From: Verrucomicrobiota bacterium
GTDB taxonomy: Bacteria; Verrucomicrobiota; Verrucomicrobiia; Limisphaerales; CANJXF01
NCBI GenBank assembly: GCA_038214755.1
Contig: JBBQRQ010000062.1
Location: 1-29,124, forward strand
DNA: 29,124 bases
Reading direction: 5' to 3'
Shown: piece by piece, positions 8,261-18,547 of the stretch
Numbering within the stretch: position 1 is the stretch's first letter
Layout of the letters: every line of letters starts with the position of its first letter
Notes under the pieces: model-generated
Databases searched by the model: none
What the model was told of the DNA's origin: nothing
What the model saw: the letters and a program-made list of their open reading frames with translations, nothing else
Program-made: the position numbers and the translations under genes

Positions 8261-10198
8261 CTATTCCTTCAAATCGTCGAAATAATTTTTTACCGCGCCT
8301 TGATAAGCGCGCGGAACCTGATCGTGGCTCAACGCGCTTTGCGCTTCGCTTTGCGCGGCGTTGACGGCTTCCTGATAACCCACCTTGCTCTGACCTTTGA
8401 TGCTCACACCTTTCAACGTGATGCTCGGCATCGGGCCGCCGGGATTGATCTGTCCTTTGATTTTTGTCGGCGCAAGATTGTCGGCCAGTTCCGCTTCGCC
8501 GCGATCGGTCAAACCGCGCGGCATCATGTCCGGGCGCACTTGCCCCGAATTGTCCCAGCGCTCCGTCATCTCGGGATAATAAAGCCAGCCGGTATCATCC
8601 GTCCAGGTGCCGACGCCGCGTCCCGGTTTTCCGCCTTTGCCAAATCCAGGATTTTTGCATTGGCCCCAGCCTTGGCCGGTGCCGACGCACATCTGGGCTT
8701 TTTCTAAGGCCGCCAGCGTCGCCGCCAACGATTGCGCGTCGCCCATTTGTTGCAAAAGTTTTTCCAGTTCCTTCGCCGCGTCGGCCAGCGATTGCGACGC
8801 TCCCGGTTTTTCGCCCTGCTTCATCTGGCCGACGGCTTGGTTAAGAAAATCTTTTACCTTTCCGTATTCGCCCGCCGGGTCCACGGCTTTGGAAACCTCG
8901 TCTAATAATTTTTTAATTTGTTCCGCGGAAAGATTTGATTCCTTCAATTGCGCCACCATTTTTTCCAAAGTTTTTTGCGCGGCCTCGGCTTGTCCATTTT
9001 TCAATTGTTCGGCCAAATCTTTTCCAATCTTCGACGCCGCTTGTTGCTGAAGTTGCTGCAACGTCTTCGCCATTTGCTGCAACTTTTCCAAGTCATTCAT
9101 CGCCGTGTCGAGGTCTTTCAAAAACATGTCGGTTTGATTGGCCTGTAGCGCCGCGATGGCTTCGTCGAGATTAGCCAGAGGCACGCCCATTTCTTTCGCT
9201 TGTTGCGCGAGGTTGGCGAGCGATTGGGCAAGCTGCTGTTTCGCGGCGGCGTTCTCCGGCGAATTTTTCCCCGGCATTCCGGCAGCGGCTTGCTGCGCTT
9301 TCTGCAAATCACTTTTCAATTTGTCGAGCGCGTCCGCATCGCGTGCTTTGTCCCCGAGACTTTTTTGCAATGAATCAATTTGTTTTTGCAATTCTCCGGG
9401 AACATTCCCGCTGTTGGCGCGGGCCGGTTCGCGAGCGGCGCGTTCCAGCGGTTTGAGCGCGGGATTGCGCCCAAGTTCTTTCAAGTCGGTTTTTAGTTTG
9501 TCGGTCGCGCTGGACAATTCTTTTAAAGCATCGCTACGAGTGAGAGACGCTTTGGTGAGTTGATTTCCAAGCTGCTCGATCGTCTCCAAATTTTCCCTGG
9601 TTTTTTCCAAAGCGGGCGGGCGTTGCGCGAGATTGCGCCGGGTCAAATCGCTGATTTGTTTTCCAACTTCTTTGATGACGGCTTGGTCGTTTTGTTTTTG
9701 CAGAAAATTTTTGCTGCGATATTCAGGAATAAATCCGAGACCGGCGCCCAGCGCGAGAACGAGCAGCGCCCAACGACTGGCCACCGGCAAATGCGCGGGA
9801 AGCAAGCGGCGCGGGTCGAGCGCGCGCGCGTGTTTCGCGGCGTCGGCCAACAACAAATCTTTCCAATTGCTTTGCGTCGGTGTGCCGGAAAGTTCGAGCG
9901 CGGTGCTGAGTCGTTCCTGAAGTTTTTGCTGTTCATCGATCCAACGGGCGGTTTCGAGCAGCGACATCGGACGCAACCAGCCGTGAACAAATCCGATGAT
10001 CAAAAACAAAAGGGCGAGCGCCCCTGCCGCCAAAACAATTTCAAACGGGATGGGAAAAATTTTGTAGCAGCCGAGTGCCAGCAACCAGAGCAAAGCGCCC
10101 GCGAACAATCCTTGCCAAAACCCGCGCCACCCCCGCAGCCAGCGTCGCCGATTAGCCGCGCGGCCTACCGCAGCTTGGATGATTTCGAGATCGTTCAT
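8261..10198 (-). CDS. Membrane-anchored long coiled-coil protein (DUF4175-like)
   Basis: N-terminal TM helices, L.ERLSTALE motif, Q/K/E/A-rich heptads, Gly-rich segment and C-terminal VP..Y...VK.YF. Likely start ATG 10198. Confidence 0.7.
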   Translation of the reverse strand: MNDLEIIQAAVGRAANRRRWLRGWRGFWQGLFAGALLWLLALGCYKIFPIPFEIVLAAGALALLFLIIGFVHGWLRPMSLLETARWIDEQQKLQERLSTALELSGTPTQSNWKDLLLADAAKHARALDPRRLLPAHLPVASRWALLVLALGAGLGFIPEYRSKNFLQKQNDQAVIKEVGKQISDLTRRNLAQRPPALEKTRENLETIEQLGNQLTKASLTRSDALKELSSATDKLKTDLKELGRNPALKPLERAAREPARANSGNVPGELQKQIDSLQKSLGDKARDADALDKLKSDLQKAQQAAAGMPGKNSPENAAAKQQLAQSLANLAQQAKEMGVPLANLDEAIAALQANQTDMFLKDLDTAMNDLEKLQQMAKTLQQLQQQAASKIGKDLAEQLKNGQAEAAQKTLEKMVAQLKESNLSAEQIKKLLDEVSKAVDPAGEYGKVKDFLNQAVGQMKQGEKPGASQSLADAAKELEKLLQQMGDAQSLAATLAALEKAQMCVGTGQGWGQCKNPGFGKGGKPGRGVGTWTDDTGWLYYPEMTERWDNSGQVRPDMMPRGLTDRGEAELADNLAPTKIKGQINPGGPMPSITLKGVSIKGQSKVGYQEAVNAAQSEAQSALSHDQVPRAYQGAVKNYFDDLKE

Positions 10199-10276
10199 GG
10201 TTGAATTGAACATGCGCTTCCCGAAAATTTTCGCGAGTTAAATTTTGCGAATTTCGTGAACGTGGAAGCACAGAGC

Positions 10277-10625
10277 AAAAGTAGGACAGCGCGTCTCGCT
10301 TGTGCGGGTAAAAGGGGGAAATCAGAGTTGAGAATTCCGCCCTTCCCCAGGCAGGCGAGACGCGCTGCCCTACTTTTCAAACGCCACACCCTCTCGAGAA
10401 TTTTCGCAGCAAAACAAAATTTTTATCGAGAGCGTGACGGAGACACGGAGGAAGGAGCGCCGGTTTGCAACCGGCTTAACCTCGGCGGATTGACTCAAAG
10501 CCGGTTGCAAACCGGCGCTCCGGTGTGGATGCGGAGGGCCGTCGCACTCCAAGGACGCTCGCGCGAATTTCGATGGCGCATGAATGGCGCGAAGCGTCTT
10601 GGAGTGCGCCAGTCCTCTGGCGCTC
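10277..10625. repeat. Cluster of three different REP-like inverted pairs
   Basis: AAAAGTAGGACAGCGCGTCTCGC arms spanning 10277-10377. Perfect 24-bp arms GGAGCGCCGGTTTGCAACCGGCTT at 10454-10477 and 10498-10521. CGCACTCCAAG/CTTGGAGTGCG pair at ~10533-10625. Confidence 0.85.
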
Positions 10626-10729
10626 TTGTTCTGACCGCCAGTTGAAATCACACCCCACGCTCACGCGCCCCTTAAAATTTTTGGGGCAAAGGCTTTTCAA
10701 AATTTTTAAAACGGATTTAATCTTCAATC

Positions 10730-12229
10730 ATGTTTTCCAAAAATGTTCTCGGCGCTCTTGTTATTTTTTTTATGACAACGATGGCGAAGGCTGTCAGCGA
10801 GATTCCTCCCGTGCCATTGCGCGAGTTCCGCGCCGCGTGGGTTCCGTCGGTGGGAAATATCGAATGGCCTTCTCAGCGCGGGTTGTCCACCGCAGAGCAG
10901 AAAACGGAATTGCTCGCGATTTTGGATCGCGCTCAGTTGTTAAAATTAAATGCAATCGTGTTGCAGGTTCGCCCGGCGTGCGACGCCCTTTACTCCTCCA
11001 AAATTGAGCCGTGGTCGGAATATCTCACGGGTCAAATGGGTCAGGCGCCCAAACCGTTTTACGATCCGCTGGCCTTCGCCGTCGCCGAAGCGCACCAACG
11101 CGGTCTGGAACTTCACGCGTGGATCAACCCATTTCGCGCGCGGGTGGTCGCTGCCAAATCTTCCATCGCGCCCAATCATGTCAGCAAAAAATATCCGGGC
11201 ATGATCGTCGCTTACGGAAAATATCTCTGGCTCGATCCCGGTTTGAAAGCGGCCCAGGACTATTCTCTCAGTGTCATTATGGACATCGTGCGCCGCTACG
11301 ACATCGATGGCCTGCACATGGACGATTATTTTTATCCTTATGTTGAAAAAGACGAAACGAAAAAGGATGAGCCGAAGAAAAATCTGATGTTCCGGGATGA
11401 CGCGAGCTATCAGAAATATCAGGTCGGCGGCGGAAAAATGTCTCGCGGTGATTGGCGGCGCGAGAATGTGAATTCCTTTATCGCGCGAACCTATCACAGC
11501 ATCAAAGCGCAAAATCCCCGTGTGAAATTTGGCGTCAGCCCGTTCGGGATTTGGAAGCCGGGCCATCCTTCTTCCACGTCGATGAAGTCGGGAAATATGT
11601 ATGAGGAAATTTATTGCGATTCGTTGAAGTGGTGGACCAATGGCTGGATGGATTATTTGTCGCCGCAACTTTATTGGGCGATCAATCCGCCGGATCAAAG
11701 TTTCACGGCCTTGTTAAAATGGTGGGCGGAAAAAAATGCGAAGGGCCGGAATCTTTGGCCAGGGATGAACACCGCCAACGTTGGGGGAAAATGGAAGGCG
11801 CAGGAAATCGTCGAGCAAATTAATGCGACGCGCGCGCAGCCGGGGGCGAGCGGCCACGTTCATTGGAGCATGAAAAGTTTGATGCGCAACAGCGGCGGAA
11901 TTTCGGATGAGTTGAGGGCGCTTTATCAGGAACCGGCTCTGATTCCCGCCGTGCCGTGGCTCAACAATATTGTCCCCGGAAAACCCACGGTCTCGGTGAA
12001 GCGCCAGGGAAAAGATCTGAAGGCGCAGTGGAATTCAGCCGGTGAAAAACCTTTCCTCTGGGTGGTGCAGCAGCGCGCGGGCGGGAAATGGAAAACTAAA
12101 ATTCTGCCCGGGGAGAAAACCTCGCTGCTGTTTACTGCCAACGAGACGGGGATTGATGAGATCGCCATTTCCGCGATCAGCCGCACTGGAATTTCCAGCG
12201 CGGCGGCGGTGTTTGAGTTTGAGAAATAA
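10730..12229 (+). CDS. DUF187 / GHL10 (YddW/DigH-like) glycoside hydrolase
   Basis: Signal peptide, EFRAAW, QVRP..DALY.S..EPWS, GLELHAWINPFR, YDIDGLHMDDYFYPY, FGVSPFGIW and DYLSPQLYW. Confidence 0.9.
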   Translation: MFSKNVLGALVIFFMTTMAKAVSEIPPVPLREFRAAWVPSVGNIEWPSQRGLSTAEQKTELLAILDRAQLLKLNAIVLQVRPACDALYSSKIEPWSEYLTGQMGQAPKPFYDPLAFAVAEAHQRGLELHAWINPFRARVVAAKSSIAPNHVSKKYPGMIVAYGKYLWLDPGLKAAQDYSLSVIMDIVRRYDIDGLHMDDYFYPYVEKDETKKDEPKKNLMFRDDASYQKYQVGGGKMSRGDWRRENVNSFIARTYHSIKAQNPRVKFGVSPFGIWKPGHPSSTSMKSGNMYEEIYCDSLKWWTNGWMDYLSPQLYWAINPPDQSFTALLKWWAEKNAKGRNLWPGMNTANVGGKWKAQEIVEQINATRAQPGASGHVHWSMKSLMRNSGGISDELRALYQEPALIPAVPWLNNIVPGKPTVSVKRQGKDLKAQWNSAGEKPFLWVVQQRAGGKWKTKILPGEKTSLLFTANETGIDEIAISAISRTGISSAAAVFEFEK

Positions 12230-12313
12230 TCGAGCGTGATTTTTCCAGCGCATTTCCCAGATATGTTCTCAGGAGAATTTTGGGCATTCGATCTGCGAAA
12301 AGAGGCGGCAATG

Positions 12314-12517
12314 GCCGATCTCCTGATCGGCATTGGAACGCTCCACATTTTCCGCGAGCCGATCGGGAGATCGGGCGTTCCGTTCTTTTGCAACAAACTG
12401 AGAGTGTGTTGCCCAAACTAATTAGGAGCGCGGACGTTCTCCTCCGCGTGAATCGGGAGGGGCGAAATCACGGGGTTTTCTCCGTTTTGAAACGCGCGGA
12501 CGACAACGTCCGCTCCT
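12314..12517. repeat. Two REP-like inverted pairs
   Basis: GCCGATCTCCTGATCGGC (12314-12331) with GCCGATCGGGAGATCGG (12358-12374). AGGAGCGCGGACGTT..CCGCG (12424-12450) with CGCGGAC..AACGTCCGCTCCT (12493-12517). Confidence 0.75.
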
Positions 12518-12652
12518 TTTCATTAGGGCAACACGCGCTCGAGATGCGCCCGCATTCGCGACAGAATTGTTTTATTGCTTGTCTGCTTATTTTTTCCTTT
12601 TACTGTGCGCGTCGTAGCCGGAGATCGTCTTCGGGAAAAAAAGATTAAGCTT

Positions 12653-13414
12653 ATGTCAGGAAAAAATTTAAAATCTCAAACCCCAACAAACTTAAAAACT
12701 CCAGCTCCACCGGCTCCTGCTAAGTCAAACATTTCCAACACTTTCACCGCCAAAAAAAATCCCACCCGCATTCTGATTGTCGATGACCATCCCCTCTTGC
12801 GGCAAGGCATCGCGCAACTGATCAATCACGAGAAAGACATGATGGTTTGCGGCGAGGCGGAAAACGGCCACAAGGCTTTGGACGCCATCGCGACGACCAA
12901 ATGCGATGTAGCCATCATCGATATTTCGCTCGGCGGCAGCAGCGGGATCGAACTGTTAAAAAACATCAAAGTACGTTACCCAAAACTTCTCGTGCTCATT
13001 CTTTCGATGCATGACGAATCCGTTTACGCCCAACGCGCTCTCCGTGCCGGAGCGGCCGGTTACATCATGAAGCAGGAAGCGACCGAAAAAGTTTTGACCG
13101 CGATCCGAAAAGTTTTGAGCGGCGAAGTTTATTTGAGCGAGAAACTCGGCACGCGCATGTTGAATCAACTCGTGGGCGGGCGCAGCGCCACGTTGACCGG
13201 CTCGCCAATCGAAGAATTAAGCGACCGCGAGTTGGAAGTCTTCGGGTTGATTGGTCAGGGACATGGCACTCGCCCCATTGCGGAAAAACTTCATCTCAGC
13301 GTGAAGACCATCGAATCGCACCGTGCTCACATTAAAGAAAAATTGAATTTAAAAAACGCCACGGAATTGGTGCATCACGCCATCCAATGGGCGCAAAGCG
13401 AAAGCCTCGGCTAA
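12653..13414 (+). CDS. NarL/LuxR-family response regulator
   Basis: ILIVDDHP receiver, IIDISL, LSMHDE, AGAAGYIMK and LSDRELEV..HLSVKTIESHR HTH. Likely start ATG 12653. Confidence 0.92.
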   Translation: MSGKNLKSQTPTNLKTPAPPAPAKSNISNTFTAKKNPTRILIVDDHPLLRQGIAQLINHEKDMMVCGEAENGHKALDAIATTKCDVAIIDISLGGSSGIELLKNIKVRYPKLLVLILSMHDESVYAQRALRAGAAGYIMKQEATEKVLTAIRKVLSGEVYLSEKLGTRMLNQLVGGRSATLTGSPIEELSDRELEVFGLIGQGHGTRPIAEKLHLSVKTIESHRAHIKEKLNLKNATELVHHAIQWAQSESLG

Positions 13415-13626
13415 AGCAATAATCAAAATTGTTTTTTCAACCCGAAGTCGCCCTCGTGGGAACTTCGGGTTTTACTTTTAAGGCGATTACCTAGTCGGTA
13501 AAACGGGTTCACCCGTATTGTTTGCGTTTCTCCCGCGCCATAATTTTTTTCCAGTAAAAATGCCAAACCAAGTCCGCAACGCGACCGTTTGGCAGCGTCG
13601 ATAAAAAATTCAACCCAGGAGGCATT

Positions 13627-14211
13627 ATGGCAAAAGCAGTTTTTTGTATAGCGACCAACGGAGCGCAGGCTGAAAATATTGTCAACAACTTGAAAACAGC
13701 CGGCTTCAGCGGCAATGACATCTCGGTTTTGTTTCCCGATAAAACAGGCACAAAAGATTTCGCGCACGAGCAAAACACCAAAGCTCCCGAAGGCGCTGCG
13801 GTGGGGGGAAGCACGGGCGGTCTGCTGGGCGGCGCGTTCGGTTGGCTGGTTGGAATCGGCGCGTTGGCCATTCCCGGCGTCGGCCCGTTCATCGCGGCGG
13901 GACCGATCATGGCGGCGTTAAGCGGCGCGGCGGTCGGTGCGGCTCTGGGCGGCATTACCGGCGCATTGGTCGGGATGGGCATTCCCGAATTTGAAGCCAA
14001 ACGTTATGAGGGCAAAATTAAAGCGGGCAATATTTTGATTTCGGTTCACTCGGAAAATAGTGACGAGACCAAACGCGCCAAAGAAATTTTCGAACGGGGG
14101 GGAGCGCAGGACATCTCCAGCAGTTCGGAAGCAGGGGTAAAAGGGGAGAAAGCCGCTCAGCGAGAATCAAAAAAAGAAGGGGTGCGACAAGAGCAATGGG
14201 AAAAATATTAA
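13627..14211 (+). CDS. Gly-rich membrane general-stress-type protein (DUF3341/YflT-like)
   Basis: Gly-zipper TM hairpin GLLGG..GIGALAIPGVGPFIAAGP..GIPEFEAKRYE; RBS AGGAGG upstream. Confidence 0.75.
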   Translation: MAKAVFCIATNGAQAENIVNNLKTAGFSGNDISVLFPDKTGTKDFAHEQNTKAPEGAAVGGSTGGLLGGAFGWLVGIGALAIPGVGPFIAAGPIMAALSGAAVGAALGGITGALVGMGIPEFEAKRYEGKIKAGNILISVHSENSDETKRAKEIFERGGAQDISSSSEAGVKGEKAAQRESKKEGVRQEQWEKY

Positions 14212-14232
14212 TTCACGTTGAGTGATGGACTG

Positions 14233-14263
14233 AGGCCCGATTACAAGATCGGGCCTTTTTTTT
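14233..14263 (+). terminator. Rho-independent terminator
   Basis: 9-bp stem AGGCCCGAT/ATCGGGCCT with a 6-nt loop, followed by a T run, ~20 bp after the 14211 stop. Confidence 0.85.
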
Positions 14264-14330
14264 GAGTTCCAAATATCTCCTCACCCACGTCGTCTTGCGC
14301 TAGTGCTGAGTCAAACATTTTTCTGATTAG

Positions 14331-15304
14331 ATGAGAGGCCGCTTGAAATTTAAAAATATTTTTCCGCTGTTGAAAAAGACAGCCTCAGAATGGATGGCGG
14401 ATAAAGCGCCCAGACTCGGCGCGGCTCTGGCCTATTACACCATTTTCTCCATCGCTCCTCTGCTCCTCATTGCCATTACGGTTGCCGGGCTGATTTTTGC
14501 CGACGCGCAGCAACAAGTAGTCGCCCAGGTTCAGGTTCTCGTCGGAGAAAAAGGAGCCGAAGCCATTTCCGCCATGATCAAGGCCGCGCAAAAACCAGCG
14601 CAAAGCGCCTTCGCGACTCTCTTCGGATTCGCCACCTTGATCTTCGGCGCGGCAGGGGGTTTTTGTGCAATTGAAAGACGCGCTCAACACGATCTGGAAC
14701 GTGCCCGAAACAAACGCCCAAGGTGGAATCGGGTCCTTCGTAAAAAAATACTTCCTCTCATTCAGCATGGTTTTGGGAATCGGTTTTCTCCTTCTCGTCT
14801 CTCTTTTGTTGGAAGCTGGGCTGGCCATGGCCGGAGAAGTCATAAAAAATTATATTCCCGGAATGGAATTCGTCGCACGAGCCGCCGCCGTTATTGTTGG
14901 CTTTAGTGTCATTACTTTTCTCTTTGCCATGCTTTTCAAATTTTTACCGGACGCAAAAGTTCGCATGGCGGGACGTTTGGCTCGGAGCGTTGCTCACCTC
15001 GGCTCTGTTCGTCATGGGAAAAATTGGTTTGGGAGTTTATCTAGGAAAGGCGGCGGCCGCCTCCGCCTATGGCGCGGCGGGATCGCTCGTGATTGTTCTA
15101 CTCTGGGTCTATTACTCCTCGCAGATCCTGTTATTTGGAGCGGAATTTACGCAAGTTTACGCGCAACATCACGGCTCGCATTTTAGTCCGGCAATCCAAG
15201 AAAGAAATTTGTCAGCCAAACAAAAATTGGTGGCGGAGAGTGATAAACAACGTGAACGTCTGGCTTCTATTTTGGAGAAAAGTGTTGAACCGTTGAACCG
15301 TTGA
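14331..15304 (+). pseudogene. YihY/virulence factor BrkB family membrane protein with two +1 frameshifts (possibly assembly errors)
   Basis: Three overlapping ORFs carry consecutive YihY motifs (RLGAALAYYTIFSIAP; QLKDALNTIW; WRDVWLGA..YGAAGSLVIVLLWVYYSSQILLFGAEF). Extra G in G5 at 14655-14659 and an extra base at ~14960. Span 974 = 324 codons + 2. Confidence 0.8.
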
Positions 15305-15370
15305 ATCGAACGTCACATCGAACGATTCACGTTTTAACGATTCAACGATTCACGTTTCAACGATTAACCG
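15284..15370. repeat. Short tandem repeats (TTGAACCG / AACGATTC) at a convergent gene junction
   Basis: TTGAACCG TTGAACCG TTGAATCG followed by several AACGATTC units, which are roughly complementary and could form a bidirectional hairpin. Confidence 0.6.
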
Positions 15371-16883
15371 CTTTTCCATTCGTCTCCTTTTTTCCCAACG
15401 ACTTCCCCGCCGCTTCCGCGGTGTTCGCCACAAACTTTTCCAAACGCGCTTTTTCCAGCGGAGTGACTTCAAGTTTCAACGCATCTTTGTAAGCCTGATT
15501 TGCCGAAGCCGGCTTGCCCTGCGCAAAATATAAATCACCGAGCTTTTCCATTAACACCGCGCTGGTTTTTGTGATCGGTTGCGATTCCAGATAAGCGACA
15601 ACCTCAGCAAGCGGATAGTCTTGGGCGACGTTTAAATCCACGACGCGCAGATGGGACCACTCAATTAATTTACTTTTTCGCGCGAGCAAATCTTCATGCA
15701 ACTCCTGCGGCTTTCTCGCAAATGGGCGATAAAGCGGATCGCCCACCACCGTGATTTGCCACGACAACCCGCCTTGTGACGCATAGGCCGCTTCACCAAA
15801 ACTAAATCCAAAAAACATCAGCCGCGCGAAAAAAGTTCCGACATCCGGCGTCCCCATTAAATACGGTTCATCCACTGCGCCCATCGTGGCGGTCACGCCG
15901 CTGGCCAGCATCGGCCCGACCCAATTTTGATTGGTGCTGCGAACAGAAGCCGCGCTAAAAGAATGAAGATGATAACCGATCGCCCCCGGCATCCACTCGA
16001 CGCTCGGTTTGGCGAACGGGCCGGAAACAGTCGCGTCATACCAGCCAGCGTAGAGAGCAATCTGGCTCATCGGAAAATCCGTGGAAAAAGTTTCAGGCTT
16101 GTCATCCACGATCACATCGAAACCAAAATGCGCGCAAACATTGGCCGCGTTGCGAATCCAATCGTCGCCCAATTTATATTCGTTGGTCACCCCGCGCAGA
16201 TCGAAATAAGTCCGGCCCCAAAGTCCGTTTGTTTCCGCCGCCATCGCTTTATCCACGAGTCCGCGCGCGATGGCCGCGCTCGGCCCATCGATGCGGGCGA
16301 CCATTAAAATTCCATTCGTTGGATGAAGCGTCGCGGCATTGGTCGTGCCGTAAAACGGGTTCACCGCCGGCCCGGCCAGCAGTCGTTTTGGATCATTCAA
16401 CGGCAGCGTGGCGAGTTCGGAATCGACCGCTGCTTCGTTGCGGCGCAATTCGGGTTTCAATTTTTCCGCGCCCGGTTCGATCAAGCCGTTGTCGCGGGAA
16501 ATTTTCAACGGCACGCCGTAACACAAAACGGTGTAACGAATTTTCGCCTCCTTCAATTTCCAATTCGGCCCGTCGTCCGTGCTTTTGGTGGAATTGAAAT
16601 CCGCGCGAAAAGAAAAAAGTCCTTTGCTCTCCAGGAATTTGAGCAGTGGTTTTTCCAAATCGTTTCGATACTCCGCGCGGCTCATCGTTTCGCCGGTGGG
16701 CAAATCAAATCCAATGACTTGTTGGGCGGGAACTTTCCGGCGTTCAGCATAATGGCGCGCGACCTCTTTGGATTCCGGCAATCGCGAATTATAAACCACC
16801 ACAACCGCCTCGCCGGATTCCGCCGCGCGAGAAAATAAAATTCCTCCCAGAAAAATGATAACAACCGATACAACTTTTTTCAT
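15357..16883 (-). CDS. TIGR03790 family exported protein with C-terminal TPR-like helix
   Basis: Signal peptide, VVVVYNS..ES..VA.HY..RR, GVPLKI, AAVDSEL, GAIGYHLHSFSA, ATMGAVDEPY and VVGDPLYRPF. Likely start ATG 16883. Confidence 0.8.
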   Translation of the reverse strand: MKKVVSVVIIFLGGILFSRAAESGEAVVVVYNSRLPESKEVARHYAERRKVPAQQVIGFDLPTGETMSRAEYRNDLEKPLLKFLESKGLFSFRADFNSTKSTDDGPNWKLKEAKIRYTVLCYGVPLKISRDNGLIEPGAEKLKPELRRNEAAVDSELATLPLNDPKRLLAGPAVNPFYGTTNAATLHPTNGILMVARIDGPSAAIARGLVDKAMAAETNGLWGRTYFDLRGVTNEYKLGDDWIRNAANVCAHFGFDVIVDDKPETFSTDFPMSQIALYAGWYDATVSGPFAKPSVEWMPGAIGYHLHSFSAASVRSTNQNWVGPMLASGVTATMGAVDEPYLMGTPDVGTFFARLMFFGFSFGEAAYASQGGLSWQITVVGDPLYRPFARKPQELHEDLLARKSKLIEWSHLRVVDLNVAQDYPLAEVVAYLESQPITKTSAVLMEKLGDLYFAQGKPASANQAYKDALKLEVTPLEKARLEKFVANTAEAAGKSLGKKETNGKAVNR

Positions 16884-16903
16884 GTATGCCGAATTTTGGT
16901 TAA

Positions 16904-17692
16904 TCAGCACGCAAACTTAACCTGTAAACCGTCGTACGCCAGTTCGACCGTTGGCGGCAATTCCGCTTGCGCACGGTCATGGTCGTAATCATGGGTGAGG
17001 TGCGTCAGAAAAGTTTTCTCCGCGCCGATGCGCCGGGCGGTGGTCAGCGCCTCGTCCAGACACATGTGCGTCGGATGCGGTTCGCGGCGCAAGGCGTCGA
17101 GCACCGCGACTTCCACGCCACGAATTTCTTCAATCACCGCGGCGGGAACTTCTTTGCAATCGCTCAGGTAGGCGAGTCGTTTTTTTCCAGCTTGAACAAA
17201 TAAATAGCCGTTCGTCTCCGTTCGTCCATGCGGCAGAGCAAACGGGAGGATCTCCAAATCTCCCAGCGCAAACCGCCCTGAAATAATTCTTGGGTCTGGA
17301 ATAAAATAACCTTTCGGGATCGGTCCGCCGTGAAAGGCATAGGCAAAAACACGTTTCAAATCGGTCATGGTCGAGGCGCTGGCATACACCGGCAGCGCTT
17401 TGCCGCCGAGCAAATCGCAGATGCGCCGGCAATCGTCGAGGCCCATGATGTGGTCGGCGTGCGAGTGCGTAAAAATCACCGCGTCGAGCCAGCGAATATT
17501 TTCGCGCAACATCTGAATGCGAAACTCCGGCGTGGTATCGACGACGAATTTGATTTTATCCGTCGCCACATAAATGGACGGACGAGTGCGATGATTCTTT
17601 TTGTTGGCCAGAAATTCGGCTGGATATTCTTTGCCAATGATGGGCACGCCTTGAGAAGTCCCGGTGCCGAGAAAAGTGAATGAAAACGACAT
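16904..17692 (-). CDS. Metallo-beta-lactamase-fold phosphodiesterase (PhnP-like)
   Basis: [24 protein letters not shown] (HxHxDH), H.THM, LTHLTH and LAYDG. Confidence 0.9.
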   Translation of the reverse strand: MSFSFTFLGTGTSQGVPIIGKEYPAEFLANKKNHRTRPSIYVATDKIKFVVDTTPEFRIQMLRENIRWLDAVIFTHSHADHIMGLDDCRRICDLLGGKALPVYASASTMTDLKRVFAYAFHGGPIPKGYFIPDPRIISGRFALGDLEILPFALPHGRTETNGYLFVQAGKKRLAYLSDCKEVPAAVIEEIRGVEVAVLDALRREPHPTHMCLDEALTTARRIGAEKTFLTHLTHDYDHDRAQAELPPTVELAYDGLQVKFAC

Positions 17693-17702
17693 CTAAAATT
17701 GT

Positions 17703-17962
17703 TTAAAAAAGTTTGTCGAAGTTGGAGTGGCTGCCGATCCAAAACCAACGAAGCGTATCACCAGTGCGTAAAGCGGTTGCTCGATAATGCGGGCCGATGC
17801 GAACCGAATAAACATTATTGTGTCCGCGCAATGGTTTGAAACGCAATGGAGGGTGGTTTGGATTGTCCTGAAAGATTTTAAAATTAACGCGGGCTTGCCT
17901 CTGAACTTCCAGAGGCAATTGATGGAAAAGATCCAGAACTCTGAAAGAGCGCGATTGATCAC
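17703..17962 (-). pseudogene. RelE/HigB-like toxin with one-base deletion
   Basis: GTG at 17962 overlaps the antitoxin stop. MINRALSEFW joins DLFHQLPLEVQRQA..HPPLRFK..YSVRIG.HYRA..WFWIGSH if one G is restored at 17933-17934 (260 nt = 87 codons - 1). Confidence 0.75.
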
Positions 17963-18213
17963 ATTCGGTTTGGATCGAGTGGTTCGTCTTTTCCTTCCGC
18001 AATCAATTCTTCCAGCTCTTTGATCTTGGCTGCGAGCTTTGGTCTTGGTCGAGGATCGCTGATGATCCGATCCCATTCCGCATCGCCGTCGAGTTCCTTT
18101 TCTTCCGTTTCTTTTTTTCCAGCAAGCGAACGGGCGAAATCCAAAAGTTCCGCTGCCTTGCGCGGCGGCAAGGATTCTGAAATCCGGGTAATTTCTTCGA
18201 TGTCGCTTTTCAT
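17959..18213 (-). CDS. Putative antitoxin
   Basis: Small acidic protein (LPP....ELLDFA..L; EWD) directly upstream of and overlapping the toxin-like gene. Likely start ATG 18213. Confidence 0.65.
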   Translation of the reverse strand: MKSDIEEITRISESLPPRKAAELLDFARSLAGKKETEEKELDGDAEWDRIISDPRPRPKLAAKIKELEELIAEGKDEPLDPNRM

Positions 18214-18320
18214 GGGCAGAAGATAACCAAGCATCGCGCGAGCGGCAATATGTGACTCGGAAAAAACTCTTTGCTCAACTTTCGCGCAGCCTCCAAAATC
18301 TTCGCGAAAGAAAATTTGAA

Positions 18321-18527
18321 ATGTTGACCACGCTCCGTATCAAAAATCTCGCGCTGGTTTCTGATCTCACGTTGGAACTTCAACCCGGCTTCAACGCGAT
18401 CACCGGCGAAACCGGCGCGGGCAAATCCATCATCATCGGCGCGTTAAATCTCGTTCTTGGCGAACGCGCCGACCGTTCGCTCATCCGCAACGGTTGCGAG
18501 AGTTGTTCGGTGGAAGCGGTCTTCGAT
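18321..18527 (+). pseudogene. recN: 5' fragment of DNA repair ATPase RecN
   Basis: MLTTLRIKNLALV..LELQPGFNAITGETGAGKSIIIGAL.LVLGERAD..LIR.G...SVEAVF is the RecN N-terminus with Walker A. Similarity ends after ~69 codons; the rest of the ORF is the antisense of the next gene. Confidence 0.88.
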
Positions 18528-18547
18528 GCGCAGGACCATCGCCCGCT

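Noticed and set aside
10195..10727. Several overlapping ORFs in the 10.2-10.7 kb gap
   Set aside because: Explained by GC-rich REP palindromes; no protein-like features.
13509..14000. 163-aa Pro/Ala-rich minus-strand ORF, and similar long antisense ORFs such as 6240-7223, 10946-11698 and 2595-3221
   Set aside because: Antisense shadows of well-supported genes on the other strand.
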